DNA of 64,000 bases from Chthoniobacterales bacterium (GCA_035538875.1 DATLJP010000052.1:65-64064); one strand, 5' to 3'; shown: positions 1-10,777, counted from the stretch's first letter. Made by a program: numbers and translations. The notes: a model not told the origin generated them from the sequence alone.

Positions 1-8
1 GAAGCCAG

Positions 9-81
9 GGTGGTCGACGGGACTCGAACCCGCAACAACCAGAACCACAATCTGGGGCTCTACCATTGAGCTACGACCACC
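9..81 (-). tRNA. tRNA-His (anticodon GTG) with genomically encoded G-1; CCA not encoded
   Basis: The reverse complement folds as a cloverleaf. Elements are G-1 plus acceptor GTGGTCG/CGACCAC, D arm GCTC-AATGGTA-GAGC, anticodon arm CCAGA-TTGTGGT-TCTGG (GTG), T arm GCGGG-TTCGAGT-CCCGT and discriminator C. Length is 73 nt. Confidence 0.9.
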
Positions 82-648
82 GTCGCGGACTCAGATTCTA
101 GTTTTTAGACGCGGGATTGCAAATGCCAGCACAACTTCCGGTGCGTGGCACAATTCCCGCTTCATATGAATGTGATAACCCACCGTTTTGTTGCGACCCA
201 CACCGCACTTGTGTCAGCCGTGCCCAGCTCTTCCTGAAACGACGAGTTCACGCACACCACCCTCGGAATTGTTCTTATCGCCAGGCGGAGTTCGAGAGCG
301 CGCTCACCGAATTGACGAAATCTCTCGGGTTGAATCCAAAAAGCGCAACCCCGCACAATTATCTCGGTATCACTGCGAGTCAGAGAGGCTGGCAGTAAGC
401 GGCTGAAAAAGAATTGCTAGCGCGGATGGCGAGTCTCAAGCTATTCCCGCGGGTTCGCAGTTCATCACCGAGCATTACTGGGTTATACCTGTGTCCGCGG
501 CGGCTGCAACGAGTACCGCGTCGAATACCCACGCTGGAAGATTTGGAACGGTGACGTGGCCGCGTTTTATGGTGAGCAATTCCTCGAACCATAGAGCGTT
601 ACTCCACGCTCCGCATTTATTGCGGACGGTTCGCCGATCGAAGTCTTA

Positions 649-3501
649 CTACGCGAGCAGTTGTCGTAGCACAAACGGCAGAATTCCGCCGTGTCGGTAA
701 TAATCGATCTCGATAGGCGTATCGATTCGCACTCTCACCTGGAAGTAACGCGTTTTCCCGTCTGTCGTTTTCAATTCGATCGTGAGTTGCTGGCCGGGTT
801 GCAGCGTCTCCGACAAACGTTTGATCGAGAATGTTTGCGAACCGTCGATAGCGAGGGATTCGGCAGTCACGCCATCAACAAATTGTAACGGCAACACACC
901 CATGCCGACGAGGTTCGAGCGATGGATTCGTTCGTAGCTTGCAGCGATCACGGCTTTGACACCCAGAAGCTTCGTTCCTTTCGCCGCCCAATCGCGCGAT
1001 GAACCAGTTCCGTACTCGTGTCCAGCCAAAATGATCAGCGGCACGTTTTCCTTTTGGTATTTCAATGCCGCGTCGAAGATCGACATCGTCTCGCCGTCCG
1101 GAAAATGCTTGGTCACGCCGCCTTCTGTTCCCGGAACCATAAGGTTCTTAATTCGAACATTGGCGAATGTGCCGCGTGTCATTACTAGATCGTTGCCGCG
1201 CCGCGAACCGTAGCTATTGAAATCAGACGGATCGATTCCGCGGGACTTTAGATATTCACCTGCCGGCGAACTCGCTTTGATCGCACCTGCCGGCGAGATG
1301 TGATCGGTCGTGACTGAATCCCCGAAAATTCCGAGTGGACGCGCGTTCACGATGTTCTCGATCTTGCCGACCTCCATCGAGAAATCTTTGAAAAACAGCG
1401 GCTCGTGGATGTAATCGCTCTTTTCGTCCCATTGGTAAACTTCGCCGGTGCTCGACGGGATTTCGTTCCATTTTGGATTTTGGTCGGCGAAGGCGCGGTA
1501 AAGTTTGCGGAACACTTCGGGCTTGAGCGCCGATTGCATCGTGTCGCGAATCTCGATGAGTGACGGCCAGAGATCGCGCAGGTAAACGTCGCCATCCTTT
1601 CCTTGGCCAATCGGTTCCTTGCTAAGATCGAGATCCACGCGACCAGCGAGCGCGAACGCGACCACCAGCGGCGGCGACATCAGGAAATTCGCTTTGATGT
1701 TTTGATGCACACGCGCTTCGAAGTTGCGATTCCCCGAAAGTACTGACGCCGCGATCAGATCGTAATTGTTTATCGCTTTCTCGATGTTCGGATGGAGCGG
1801 GCCCGAATTTCCGATGCAAGTTGTGCAGCCGTAACCGACAAGATTAAAGCCTAGCTGGTCGAGATATTTTTGAAGCCCGGTCTTGTTGAGATAATCGGTA
1901 ACAACGCGGGAACCCGGCGCGAGCGAGGTTTTGACCACTGGATCGACTCGCAATCCGCGTTCGACCGCTTTTTTCGCGAGCAATCCCGCAGCCAGCATCA
2001 CGCTCGGGTTACTTGTGTTCGTGCAGCTGGTGATCGCCGCGATCAAGACCGAGCCGTGACCAATTTGGCCTTGGCCGTGACGAAACGGATCCGCCGGCAA
2101 TTCTTTCGCCGGGTCCGGCGTCGGTCGGTTCGCGATCATTTCGAGTTTGTTGCGCTCTTCCGCGGCGCCAAGTTCGCCTTTGTCAGTCGAAGGCATATCG
2201 CCGTCGGTTGGAGCGCTTCCGTTTAATTGGACCAGATGCTTCGCGTTAAGACGGACATCCCGTTTTCCGTAGCCGCCCTCTTCCACCGGCTTTATCAATA
2301 GCGACCGAAAAGTCTCGCCGAGCGCCGGAAGATTGATTCGATCTTGTGGCCGTTTCGGCCCCGCGACAGCCGATTGGACGTCGCCGAGATTCAATTCGAG
2401 ATCGACCGAGTAATCGATCTCGTCCTTTCGCGGCATGCCGAACATTTTCTGGGCGCGGAAATAGTTCTCGAACGCTGCGCATTGTTCTTCCGTGCGACCA
2501 GTCGCGTGCAAATAGGCGACTGATTCGCTATCGATTGGGAAAAATCCCATAGTCGCGCCGTACTCGGGCGACATGTTGCCAATCGTCGCGCGATCGGGTA
2601 CTGGCAACGACGCAGCGCCTTCGCCATAAAATTCCACAAATTTCCCGACAACTTTTTGCGCACGAAGCATTTCGGTGATGTGCAACACAAGGTCGGTTGC
2701 GGTCACGCCTTCGCGCAATCTTCCGGCCATGTGGACTCCAACGACTTCCGGCGTCAGAAAATAAACCGGCTGGCCCAGCATTCCGGCTTCCGCCTCGATT
2801 CCGCCAACGCCCCAGCCGACCACGCCGAGTCCGTTGATCATCGTCGTGTGCGAATCAGTTCCGACCAGCGTGTCCGGGTAGAATATTTCTGACTTTTGAC
2901 CGCTGATCTCTGACTTTTGGCTGAGAACACCTTTCGCGAGATATTCGAGGTTTACCTGGTGAACGATCCCGATTCCGGGCGGGATTAGCTGGAAAGTCTT
3001 GAAGGCCTGCTGGCCCCATTTCAAAAACTGATAACGCTCGTGGTTGCGCTTGAATTCCATTTCCAAATTCAACTGCAACGCGCGCGGCGAACCGAAGAAA
3101 TCGACCTGCACGGAATGATCCACCACGAGATCAACTGGAACCAGCGGCTCGATGATTTTTGGATCGCGGCCAAGCCGTTTCACCGCGCTTCGCATCGCGG
3201 CGAGATCGACGACCAGCGGAACGCCAGTGAAATCCTGAAGAACGATTCGCGCAACTACGAACGGAATCTCTTCATTGGCCGGTTCCTTCGCATTCCAGTT
3301 CGCCAGCGTCTCGACATCTTTGCGCTGGACTTTTACGCCGTCGCAATTCCGCAATGCGGACTCAAGCACAATCCGAATGCTGGCAGGTAATCGCGAAATT
3401 TTCCCGACGCCTTCTTCTTCCAGCGCGGGCAACGAATAGAGAAATCCGTCGCGGCCTTTGCCGGCATCGAACTTCTTCAACGTTTTGAACTCGTCGATCA
3501 C
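649..3501 (-). CDS. acnA: aconitate hydratase A (monomeric, 950 aa)
   Basis: Aconitase motifs are present: [34 protein letters not shown] and [10 protein letters not shown] (Fe-S cysteines). The C-terminal swivel domain shows [10 protein letters not shown]. Confidence 0.95.
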   Translation of the reverse strand: MIDEFKTLKKFDAGKGRDGFLYSLPALEEEGVGKISRLPASIRIVLESALRNCDGVKVQRKDVETLANWNAKEPANEEIPFVVARIVLQDFTGVPLVVDLAAMRSAVKRLGRDPKIIEPLVPVDLVVDHSVQVDFFGSPRALQLNLEMEFKRNHERYQFLKWGQQAFKTFQLIPPGIGIVHQVNLEYLAKGVLSQKSEISGQKSEIFYPDTLVGTDSHTTMINGLGVVGWGVGGIEAEAGMLGQPVYFLTPEVVGVHMAGRLREGVTATDLVLHITEMLRAQKVVGKFVEFYGEGAASLPVPDRATIGNMSPEYGATMGFFPIDSESVAYLHATGRTEEQCAAFENYFRAQKMFGMPRKDEIDYSVDLELNLGDVQSAVAGPKRPQDRINLPALGETFRSLLIKPVEEGGYGKRDVRLNAKHLVQLNGSAPTDGDMPSTDKGELGAAEERNKLEMIANRPTPDPAKELPADPFRHGQGQIGHGSVLIAAITSCTNTSNPSVMLAAGLLAKKAVERGLRVDPVVKTSLAPGSRVVTDYLNKTGLQKYLDQLGFNLVGYGCTTCIGNSGPLHPNIEKAINNYDLIAASVLSGNRNFEARVHQNIKANFLMSPPLVVAFALAGRVDLDLSKEPIGQGKDGDVYLRDLWPSLIEIRDTMQSALKPEVFRKLYRAFADQNPKWNEIPSSTGEVYQWDEKSDYIHEPLFFKDFSMEVGKIENIVNARPLGIFGDSVTTDHISPAGAIKASSPAGEYLKSRGIDPSDFNSYGSRRGNDLVMTRGTFANVRIKNLMVPGTEGGVTKHFPDGETMSIFDAALKYQKENVPLIILAGHEYGTGSSRDWAAKGTKLLGVKAVIAASYERIHRSNLVGMGVLPLQFVDGVTAESLAIDGSQTFSIKRLSETLQPGQQLTIELKTTDGKTRYFQVRVRIDTPIEIDYYRHGGILPFVLRQLLA

Positions 3502-3992
3502 TTTAGTTCTGCCAACTTCGCTTTGATCTTGTCGAAGTTTGGAAGTTGTTTTGCGTCGTCGTTACTCTCGACGTATTGGATCACGCCGCTCTTGTCGACG
3601 ATGAAAGCGGAGCGCTTCGGCACGCCGCCCATGCCAAGATTAATTTGCGGTAGAAACGAGTCGTAAGCGACCCCGTAATCCTTCGCCACCTTGTGCTCGT
3701 AGTCGCTCAAGAGCGTGACGTTGATCTTCTCTTTCTGCGCCCACGCTTCCTGCGCGAAGGGGTTGTCTCCGCTGATCCCATAAACCTCCGTATTCATGCC
3801 GCCGTAATTCGGAAGTTCCCTGGTCGTGCTGCACATTTCCTCGGTGCACGTTCCCGTGAACGCCATTGGAAAGAAAAGCAGCAGCGTGTTCTTCTTTCCG
3901 AAGTTCTCGCTCAACTTGATCTTCTGCGGGCCGTCGGCGGTCTTGGTCGAGAGAGTGAAATCTGGCGCTTTGATTCCAACTGCAAGTAGCAT
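3498..3992 (-). CDS. peroxiredoxin (AhpC/TSA/Prx-like thioredoxin fold)
   Basis: 164 aa with APDFTL...[17 protein letters not shown] (peroxidatic Cys context). Its stop overlaps the acnA start by 4 nt (3498..3501). Confidence 0.8.
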   Translation of the reverse strand: MLLAVGIKAPDFTLSTKTADGPQKIKLSENFGKKNTLLLFFPMAFTGTCTEEMCSTTRELPNYGGMNTEVYGISGDNPFAQEAWAQKEKINVTLLSDYEHKVAKDYGVAYDSFLPQINLGMGGVPKRSAFIVDKSGVIQYVESNDDAKQLPNFDKIKAKLAELK

Positions 3993-4114
3993 AAGTAATC
4001 CTCCGGCTTGAGCTTATTGAGGGGAATTTCATTATAGGGTTGGCAGCCCGGGGGTCAAAAATTTTGCGTTGCAAATTGCGGTTTAATCGGGCGTCAGTTA
4101 TGGTAACTTATCGG

Positions 4115-4512
4115 CCGATGGCAGATGATCGCTGGTGAGTCCCGCCTTGGCGGGATTCGCTGGAGGAAAGTCCGAACACCATACGGTAGCATGCCGCGTA
4201 AAATACGCGGGCACCGCGGTTGAAGAATCGCGGCGACGGAAAGTGTCACAGAAAAGACACCGCCGGTTCTTTGAAAGAAGCGCAGGCAAGGGTGAAAAGG
4301 CGAGGTAAGAGCTCACCGCTCGCGGAGCAATTCGCGAGGCACGAAAAACCCCATGCGGTGCAAGACAAAACAGAGGGAGGACAGCCGGTCCGTTTGATCC
4401 TCGGGTATCGTCGCATCATGGCGAATGAAGATTCGCCAGACGTCCGCCACGCCTCCGCGGGACGGGCGAGATAAATGATCATCCACGACAGAATTCGGCT
4501 TACCGCCATCCA
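4115..4512 (+). ncRNA. rnpB: RNase P RNA, bacterial type A (ends approximate)
   Basis: Universal elements are present: GGAGGAAAGTCCGAACAC, AGGGTGAAAAGGCGAGGTAAGAGCTCACCG (P10-12/P4 region) and 3' ACAGAATTCGGCTTACCGCC. P1 pairing is GATGGC (4117..4122) with GCCATC (4505..4510). Only short junk ORFs occur across the region. Confidence 0.9.
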
Positions 4513-4517
4513 AATAT

Positions 4518-4550
4518 GAAGGGGCGTCTTCGGAAACGAAGGCGCCCTTC
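4518..4550. terminator. GC-rich hairpin with GAAA tetraloop between rnpB and the convergent aminotransferase gene (possible bidirectional terminator)
   Basis: gaaggggcgtcttcg-gaaa-cgaaggcgcccttc forms a 14-bp stem with one bulge and one G-U pair. It is followed by GCTTTC on the plus strand and ATATTT on the minus strand. Confidence 0.5.
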
Positions 4551-4601
4551 GCTTTCATACGCGAGAGCATATCTAGTCAAACGGCGAGTTAGACGCTGGA
4601 T

Positions 4602-5864
4602 CTAACCTGTCGCTAAACAATCGTCCAAACAGCGCAGTAGATGCGAAACGGTTTCTTCGGTTTCGTCGCCCATGTTGGAGAGCCGAAAGGTCTTTCCGCG
4701 AACTTTGCCATAGCCGGGATCGATGACGAAATGATGCTTTTCGCGGAGATGTCGCGCAAGATCGAGAACGTCGACGTTTTTGTTGTTTTTGACGCACGTC
4801 AGCGTTTTTGACCGAAAACCTTCTTCAGCGAAGAAGTGGAAGCCGCTTTTGTTTACCCAATCGTGCACCAACGCGTTGGTGCGGACGTGACGCTCGAAGC
4901 GTGCTTCTACTCCTTCTTTGAAAATGTCCTCGAGCTTGGATTGCAAAGCGAAAATGTGGCCGATGCTCGGCGTGGTCGGCGTCATCCAATTTGCTTGTTG
5001 CTTTTTGAATTCGAGGAAATCGAGATAGTAGCCGCGATCTCTTTGTTTCTCAGCGCGGGCGAACGCTTTTTCGGAAACGGAAAAAAGCGAAAAGCCCGGT
5101 GGCAGCGCGAGGGCTTTTTGCGCGCCGGCTAGCATCACGTCGATCCCGAGTGCGTCCATGTCGATCCTCATTGCCGAAAATGACGAAACCGTATCGAGAA
5201 TGAGCATGACATCGGGATATTTTGCTAGCATGCAGGAGATTTCCGGCAACGGATTCATCACGCCGGTCGAAGTTTCGTTGTGAATCAAGGTCACGGCGTC
5301 GAACTTTCCAGAGGCGAGCGCGCGCTCGACACCTTTCTGGTCGATGTGTTTTCCCCATTCGACCTGAAGAGCCTCAGCGTTTTTGCCACAACGCCGCACG
5401 ACATCGAGCCACTTGTCCGAAAACGCGCCGCACATGCAGCAAAGCGCGCCGCGATTAACCAGATTTCGGACGGACGCCTCCATCACGCCCCAGGCCGACG
5501 ATGTTGAAAGAAAAATCGGCTGTTTCGTCCCGAAGAGCGTTTGCAGTCGCGGATGAATGTCGCGGTAGAGATTTTTAAAATCTTCGCCGCGATGTCCGAT
5601 CATCGGCCGCGAAAACGCGGCCATTGTTTTCGCCGAAACCTCTACTGGACCGGGTGTAAAAAGCTTGTCGTGCCGCTGCACCGCCCCAACTTTAGTCACT
5701 CGCCGTTCATTTTCGAATGAAACTGATGCCGCCGCTGCGTTCGAACATGGCGCGGCCGGAGAGAAGCAAGATTTTGAGGTTTGGATAAAAGTGAGCGTTT
5801 CGGGTTGAGCGCCGAGATCCAGGAAAACTCGGAAGGAGCTCCAAACTTGTTGCCATAAGTTCAT
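4602..5864 (-). CDS. class V PLP aminotransferase (serine-pyruvate/alanine-glyoxylate aminotransferase-like)
   Basis: Motifs: LFTPGPVEV...MIGHRGEDF, HNETSTGV and the PLP lysine context AGAQKALALPPG. The first ~55 codons look non-homologous. A GTG at 5697..5699 (VTKVG...) is a plausible true start, giving ~365 aa. Confidence 0.8.
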   Translation of the reverse strand: MNLWQQVWSSFRVFLDLGAQPETLTFIQTSKSCFSPAAPCSNAAAASVSFENERRVTKVGAVQRHDKLFTPGPVEVSAKTMAAFSRPMIGHRGEDFKNLYRDIHPRLQTLFGTKQPIFLSTSSAWGVMEASVRNLVNRGALCCMCGAFSDKWLDVVRRCGKNAEALQVEWGKHIDQKGVERALASGKFDAVTLIHNETSTGVMNPLPEISCMLAKYPDVMLILDTVSSFSAMRIDMDALGIDVMLAGAQKALALPPGFSLFSVSEKAFARAEKQRDRGYYLDFLEFKKQQANWMTPTTPSIGHIFALQSKLEDIFKEGVEARFERHVRTNALVHDWVNKSGFHFFAEEGFRSKTLTCVKNNKNVDVLDLARHLREKHHFVIDPGYGKVRGKTFRLSNMGDETEETVSHLLRCLDDCLATG

Positions 5865-6054
5865 GGCTCTGAGTTACACCTTTCGAAACGGCCTGCGGTA
5901 GGTTGCTGGCGACTCGGGAAACGCATGATCATCGCGGCGGGAGCGACATGGAGCCCCAAGGGCGATGGTTCGCCGCGCTTGCGCGGTAAACTTTCGCGTG
6001 GCATAAGAGCACGCTCGCGCGAGCCGAATCGGTCCGCGCAAGATCCGCAATCAC

Positions 6055-6825
6055 ATGCCAAATGCTCCGCCAACTACCGACGCCACAGTAGAAGCGCGCG
6101 TTCTCTGGTTGCGATACCAAAAGGAAATCGCGGCCGCGTTAACTGTCATTCTTCTGGCGATTATTGGCTTAACTGGCTACCACTTTTACACGAATTGGCG
6201 CAATTCGACGGCCTCTGAGGTGTTGGGCAATGCGAAGACAGAACACGACTACGAAGACGTGATCTCGCGCTATCCAGGAACGCCGGCAGGCGCGAGCGCG
6301 TATCTACTGTGGGCGCTAAAGCAGCGTGACGAAAAGAAATTCACGGAGGCAAACGCGACACTGCAGAAATTCATCGAAGCAAATCCGGATCACGATTTTC
6401 TTCCGACCGCGCGCCTGGCGATGGCCGCGAATCTAGAATCGATGGGAAAAGATGACGAAGCGCTCTCGATTTATCAGTTGGTGGCGAGCAAATACGTAAA
6501 TACTTACAACGGACCGCTCGCATTAATCTCTCAGGTGCCTTTGTTGAAGTCGAAGAACCGCATCGAGGACGCACGCCGAGTTTGTGAAGAGATTCTGACG
6601 AAATATCGGATGCCTGGGCAGCAAACCGAAGCCTCCCGCGACAATCGAATGGAAACAGTTTGGGTTGGGGAGGCGATGCGTCAGTTACGTTCGCTTAAGC
6701 CGCCGGAGCAGCCAAAGCCCCAGCCTGCGGCCGCGGGCGCACCGCCGCCAGTGATCGCTGCTCCTACGGTTTTGCCGGCGGCACCGCCTCCTGCGGGTGC
6801 GCCTACACCAAAGAAGCCGAATTAG
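6055..6825 (+). CDS. membrane-anchored TPR-like protein (YfgM-like architecture) with Pro/Ala-rich C-terminus
   Basis: There is a single N-terminal TM (AAALTVILLAIIGLTGYHFY). TPR-like helices follow, then a PPEQPKPQPAAAGAPPP tail. Confidence 0.5.
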   Translation: MPNAPPTTDATVEARVLWLRYQKEIAAALTVILLAIIGLTGYHFYTNWRNSTASEVLGNAKTEHDYEDVISRYPGTPAGASAYLLWALKQRDEKKFTEANATLQKFIEANPDHDFLPTARLAMAANLESMGKDDEALSIYQLVASKYVNTYNGPLALISQVPLLKSKNRIEDARRVCEEILTKYRMPGQQTEASRDNRMETVWVGEAMRQLRSLKPPEQPKPQPAAAGAPPPVIAAPTVLPAAPPPAGAPTPKKPN

Positions 6826-6899
6826 GGAAGCGGAGGCAGGCGCATCGCCTGCACTCAAGGGTTCGCAGCCGGGAAGGTCGCGACCACCGAGACAATAGA

Positions 6900-7295
6900 T
6901 TATCGCTTCGAGAACTGGAAGCGTTTGCGAGCGCCGGGTTGTCCGGATTTTTTTCGCTCTTTCATTCGCGGATCTCGCCGAAGCAAGCCTTCGCTTTTTA
7001 AGTCGCCTCGCAAATTGCTATCCGCTTGCAAAAGGGCCCGCGCGATCGCGAGGCGCGCTGCGCCCGCCTGACCGGCAACGCCACCCCCGCTTGCGTTAAT
7101 GGAAACGTCGTACGTGTTCACCATTTTCGCTGTCTGCAAAGGCTGAAGCACTATGTTCTGCAACGGCACGCGAGGAAAATAATCTTCGAAGTCACGGCCG
7201 TTGATCTCGATCTTGCCGCTGCCCGGTGTCATCCGAATGCGCGCGACCGAAGTCTTCCGGCGACCAGTGGCGATGAATTCCTGTGCTTGAGCCAT
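6900..7295 (-). CDS. rpsI: 30S ribosomal protein S9
   Basis: 131 aa with GRRKTSVARI and the C-terminal GARKRFQFSKR signature. Confidence 0.95.
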   Translation of the reverse strand: MAQAQEFIATGRRKTSVARIRMTPGSGKIEINGRDFEDYFPRVPLQNIVLQPLQTAKMVNTYDVSINASGGGVAGQAGAARLAIARALLQADSNLRGDLKSEGLLRRDPRMKERKKSGQPGARKRFQFSKR

Positions 7296-7302
7296 AAGAA
7301 CC

Positions 7303-7734
7303 TTAGGCGAGCTTGACAGATTTCGGTCGCTGAGCGGTGTGCGGGTGGGATTCGCCGCGATAAACTCTAAGTTTCCGGTAAACGGCGCGACCGAGGCGAT
7401 TGTGCGGGATCATTCCGCGCACCGCACGCTCGATCAGTAGTTCAGGATGACGCGCTCGACGCGCGCGGACGTTTTCGGATTTGTGGCCGCCGACGTAGCC
7501 GGAAAAGCTCATGAAGTTTTTCTGTTCTTCTTTTTTGCCGGTCACGCGAACCTTGTCGGCATTGATCACGATGACGAAATCGCCGGTATCGACATGCGGA
7601 GTGAAAACCGTCTTCTCTTTTCCGCGCAACAAGTTTGCCGCTTTGACCGCGACGCGACCGAGAACCTGATCTTTGGCATCGATCAGCCACCACTTGCGGT
7701 CGACTTCACTGGTCTTCGCGGAAAACGTCTTCAT
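7303..7734 (-). CDS. rplM: 50S ribosomal protein L13
   Basis: MKTFSAKTSEVDRKWWLIDAKDQVLGR is a typical L13 N-terminus. The start was moved to the internal ATG at 7732..7734, since the ORF track extends to 7785. Confidence 0.9.
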   Translation of the reverse strand: MKTFSAKTSEVDRKWWLIDAKDQVLGRVAVKAANLLRGKEKTVFTPHVDTGDFVIVINADKVRVTGKKEEQKNFMSFSGYVGGHKSENVRARRARHPELLIERAVRGMIPHNRLGRAVYRKLRVYRGESHPHTAQRPKSVKLA

Positions 7735-8140
7735 CGGCGTTTGAAAAAGGGCACGGAAGCTACTGGTCAAGTAGTTGACTGTCAACCGACGGAATCCGGC
7801 CGTTCGGTGGTATCAAACGTGCTTTCTAGAAATTATAATGCCCGTCGGATTTCTAGCCGCCTCTGTCCTCCTCGTGTCGCGCGGCGGCTGATCATTGTGC
7901 TGAACAAATCGACCGACAGCTTGGTCGCGACAGTAATGACCGCAGCAGTCTGGGCGAGCGAATTGGCCGCTACGGCAGTTGGAGCACAACCTGGGGCGAA
8001 ATATTTTCTATAGTCAAGAAACCGCGCGCGGCGTTGTCTTAGCCCTCATAATTGATGGCGGCGTCCAATCACATGGCCATCGCAAGTTACAAAAAAGGCA
8101 GCTAGCCATTTCGGTGACACGAGATTAATTCGTTCTCGCG

Positions 8141-9667
8141 ATGACAAAGACGGCCACTCAAAAAACCGCGATCACCCCCCGGCGCGACGAAGATTTTCCG
8201 GAATGGTATCAACAGGTCGTGCGCGCGGCCGAGCTGGCTGAGCCGAGCGATGTGCGAGGTTGCATGGTAATTCGGCCATGGGGTTACGGGATTTGGGAAA
8301 ACATGCAACATCAGCTCGACGCGATGTTTCGCGCGACCGGGCATCGCAACGCATATTTTCCGCTTTTCATTCCGCTGAGTTACTTCGCGAAAGAAGCTGA
8401 ACACGTGGAGGGCTTCGCGAAAGAGTGCGCTGTCGTGACCCATACGCGCCTGGAAGGGGGTTCGGACGGAAAACTGAAACCGGGCAGCGCGCTGACCGAG
8501 CCGCTAGTAGTTCGACCGACCTCGGAGACAATTATCGGCGCAAGCTATGCCAAATGGGTCCAATCGTATCGTGATCTTCCGATTCTTTTAAACCAGTGGG
8601 CGAACGTGGTGCGCTGGGAGATGCGGCCGCGATTGTTTTTGCGCACGACCGAATTTTTGTGGCAGGAAGGCCATACTGTCCACGAGACCGAACAGCAAGC
8701 GCGCGCGGAAGCGACGCTCATCCTCGAGGTCTACGAGCGTTTCGCGCGTGAACACTTGGCGGTGCCGGTTTTCACAGGCGCTAAATCCGAAAGTGAAAAG
8801 TTTCCGGGCGCGGTAGAAACGCTCACCCTGGAAGCGATGGTGCAAGACCGGAAAGCGATCCAGGCCGGCACGTCGCATTTTCTCGGACAAAATTTCGCTA
8901 AGGCGAGCGGAATCCAATTTCAGAATCGCGATGGTAAACAAGAATTTGGCTGGACCACGAGCTGGGGGATGACCACGCGCATGGTCGGCACCGTGGTCAT
9001 GATGCACAGCGATGACGACGGTCTTGTCCTACCGCCTCGGATCGCTCCGACGCAAATCGTGATCTTGCCTATCGCGCCGAAGGAACAAACGCGCGCGAAA
9101 ATATTGGAAACGTGCGATGCGCTTGGGCTGCAATTGCGAGGCAAACCCTTCCTCGACGCGCCGCTCGAAGTTGAAGTTGATCGACGCGACCTCGGTGGCG
9201 GTGTGAAAAATTGGGAATGGATCAAGAAAGGCGTGCCGATACGGGTGGAAATCGGTCCGCGTGATTTGGAAAAGAACTCAGTTGAAGTTTCACGACGAGA
9301 TCAGCCGACCAAATCGAAGGAGTCTATGTCGATTCAGCGGTTCGCGGCCAATGCGCCGAAGATCCTGATGTCGATTCAGCAAAATCTTTACGATCGGGCG
9401 AAAGAATTTCAGGAAGCAAACACGCGTGTCATTGAATCAAAAAAAGAATTCTACGATTTCTTCACCGCGAAGAGTGCCAACAAACCCGAGATTCACGGTG
9501 GGTTCGCCCTCGCTCACTGGAACGGCTCGCGAGAAGTGGAGCAACAAATCAAGAGTGACCTGAAGGTAACGATCCGGGTAATTCCGTTTGGCGATTCCGA
9601 GCCGGGTAAATGCGTCTTCACTGGTCAACCGAGCGGAAAACGCGTGGTCTGGGCTAAGTCTTATTAG
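8141..9667 (+). CDS. proS: prolyl-tRNA synthetase, archaeal/eukaryote-like type
   Basis: 508 aa. The N-terminus DFPEWYQQVV...IRPWGYGIWE is followed by class II motifs (RPTSET, FLRTTEFLWQEGH, AGTSHFLGQNF). The protein ends in the characteristic Y. Confidence 0.9.
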   Translation: MTKTATQKTAITPRRDEDFPEWYQQVVRAAELAEPSDVRGCMVIRPWGYGIWENMQHQLDAMFRATGHRNAYFPLFIPLSYFAKEAEHVEGFAKECAVVTHTRLEGGSDGKLKPGSALTEPLVVRPTSETIIGASYAKWVQSYRDLPILLNQWANVVRWEMRPRLFLRTTEFLWQEGHTVHETEQQARAEATLILEVYERFAREHLAVPVFTGAKSESEKFPGAVETLTLEAMVQDRKAIQAGTSHFLGQNFAKASGIQFQNRDGKQEFGWTTSWGMTTRMVGTVVMMHSDDDGLVLPPRIAPTQIVILPIAPKEQTRAKILETCDALGLQLRGKPFLDAPLEVEVDRRDLGGGVKNWEWIKKGVPIRVEIGPRDLEKNSVEVSRRDQPTKSKESMSIQRFAANAPKILMSIQQNLYDRAKEFQEANTRVIESKKEFYDFFTAKSANKPEIHGGFALAHWNGSREVEQQIKSDLKVTIRVIPFGDSEPGKCVFTGQPSGKRVVWAKSY

Positions 9668-9715
9668 TTCGATCTTATTGACGCATCGCTGGCTCGTCGT
9701 TTATTTCCGCTCCTG

Positions 9716-9961
9716 ATGCAATTAAAGCTCTATAGCCGCCAATGGTGTTCGTGGTGCATTGACGCCAAGGAATATCTGGAGGCGCGCGGCTATAAATTTA
9801 CTGCGATCGATGTCGGTGAAGATCGACAGGCCTACGAGGAGATGAAGCAGTTCTCGGAGCAGACTTACGTGCCGACATTTGTCGCGGGCGAGCACGTGCT
9901 CGCGAATTTCGACACGGATCAACTGGAAAAGTTCCTGACCGAGCATCGAATCAACCCGTAA
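9716..9961 (+). CDS. glutaredoxin/NrdH-like small redox protein
   Basis: 81 aa with a CSWC active-site motif near the N-terminus and a VPTF motif. There is a TAATG junction with the next ORF. Confidence 0.7.
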   Translation: MQLKLYSRQWCSWCIDAKEYLEARGYKFTAIDVGEDRQAYEEMKQFSEQTYVPTFVAGEHVLANFDTDQLEKFLTEHRINP

Positions 9962-10776
9962 TGCTCTTTAAGCTCTTCATCCTACTCGGCGTAGGAGTTC
10001 TCGCAGTCGCGCTCCGCAGTTTTCAAAGTTCGTTTTCCCAGAAGGCCGGTGCGATCGCGATCCTGAGCGTTTCTTATCTCCTGATTTATTTTGTCACTGA
10101 CAGTCACGTCCTCGGCGCTGTCGCCGCGGCGACATGGTTCTTTTTGCCGTGGGTGGAAATTCTGACCCGCATTCGCACGTTGCGTCTGCCGAAAGAGAAA
10201 CAACTTCGCCCGAAGTCGCCGCCATCCAGCGACACTTTCCCGACATTGAATGAGATCACGCACGAGATTGAGAACGAAGGATTCGTGTACGTCAACGACG
10301 CCGGCTGGGATTGGGAAGATTACCGGCAATTCTTCCGCCTTTTTTACAAAGCGGAGGATCGCACGCAGGCCACGATCTGCCTAAACGAACAACATGATCT
10401 CTCGTTTTATTATTTGCGAATCTCGTCGCGAGCGCGCAGCGGCATCATTTGGACGACGTGGAATTATCCGTTGTCCTACGGCTTGAAGTTAACGCCGCAG
10501 TTTCGAATCAACCGACAGCGTCCGGATCAAACATTTTGGCAGCTTTATCAGAGCCACTGCGCATTTCTGCGGAAAAATAATATCCAGATTGATACGATCG
10601 AAGCTTTGGATGAGGAGACAATTGAAAAAGAGATGGAGCGCGATTTACGTGAACAGATCGCCCACAACATTCACAAAGGTGTGCTCAAACAAACACCCGA
10701 AGGCGACGTGAAATATTCCTGGCGGGGAATGATCTATCTCTGGTGTCAATTTCTGCTCGATCTCGTCCGGCTCTAA
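9961..10776 (+). CDS. hypothetical membrane protein (3 N-terminal TM helices + soluble domain)
   Basis: 271-aa ORF, start-coupled to the glutaredoxin-like gene. No motif recognised. Confidence 0.5.
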   Translation: MLFKLFILLGVGVLAVALRSFQSSFSQKAGAIAILSVSYLLIYFVTDSHVLGAVAAATWFFLPWVEILTRIRTLRLPKEKQLRPKSPPSSDTFPTLNEITHEIENEGFVYVNDAGWDWEDYRQFFRLFYKAEDRTQATICLNEQHDLSFYYLRISSRARSGIIWTTWNYPLSYGLKLTPQFRINRQRPDQTFWQLYQSHCAFLRKNNIQIDTIEALDEETIEKEMERDLREQIAHNIHKGVLKQTPEGDVKYSWRGMIYLWCQFLLDLVRL

Positions 10777-10777
10777 C

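Noticed and set aside
1-648. tRNA-His as the attachment site of a genomic island
   Set aside because: No integrase, direct repeat of the tRNA 3' end or phage/plasmid gene follows it. The next gene is housekeeping acnA. The tRNA also lies at the window edge, so the other side is unseen.
2888-2919. Shared 'KSEI' peptide between the aconitase loop repeat and the mutase heptamer repeat (62707..62736), considered as a common inserted element
   Set aside because: The nucleotide sequences differ (AAGTCAGAGATC against AAATCCGAAATC) and the repeat periods differ (21 nt against 7 nt). The resemblance is coincidental and at peptide level only.
4098-4570. Several 72-87-aa ORFs on both strands
   Set aside because: They lie entirely within the RNase P RNA, whose universal sequence elements are present, so they are not coding.
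7447-8013. 188-aa plus-strand ORF
   Set aside because: Most of it lies antisense to rplM. The remainder falls in the divergent promoter region upstream of proS.
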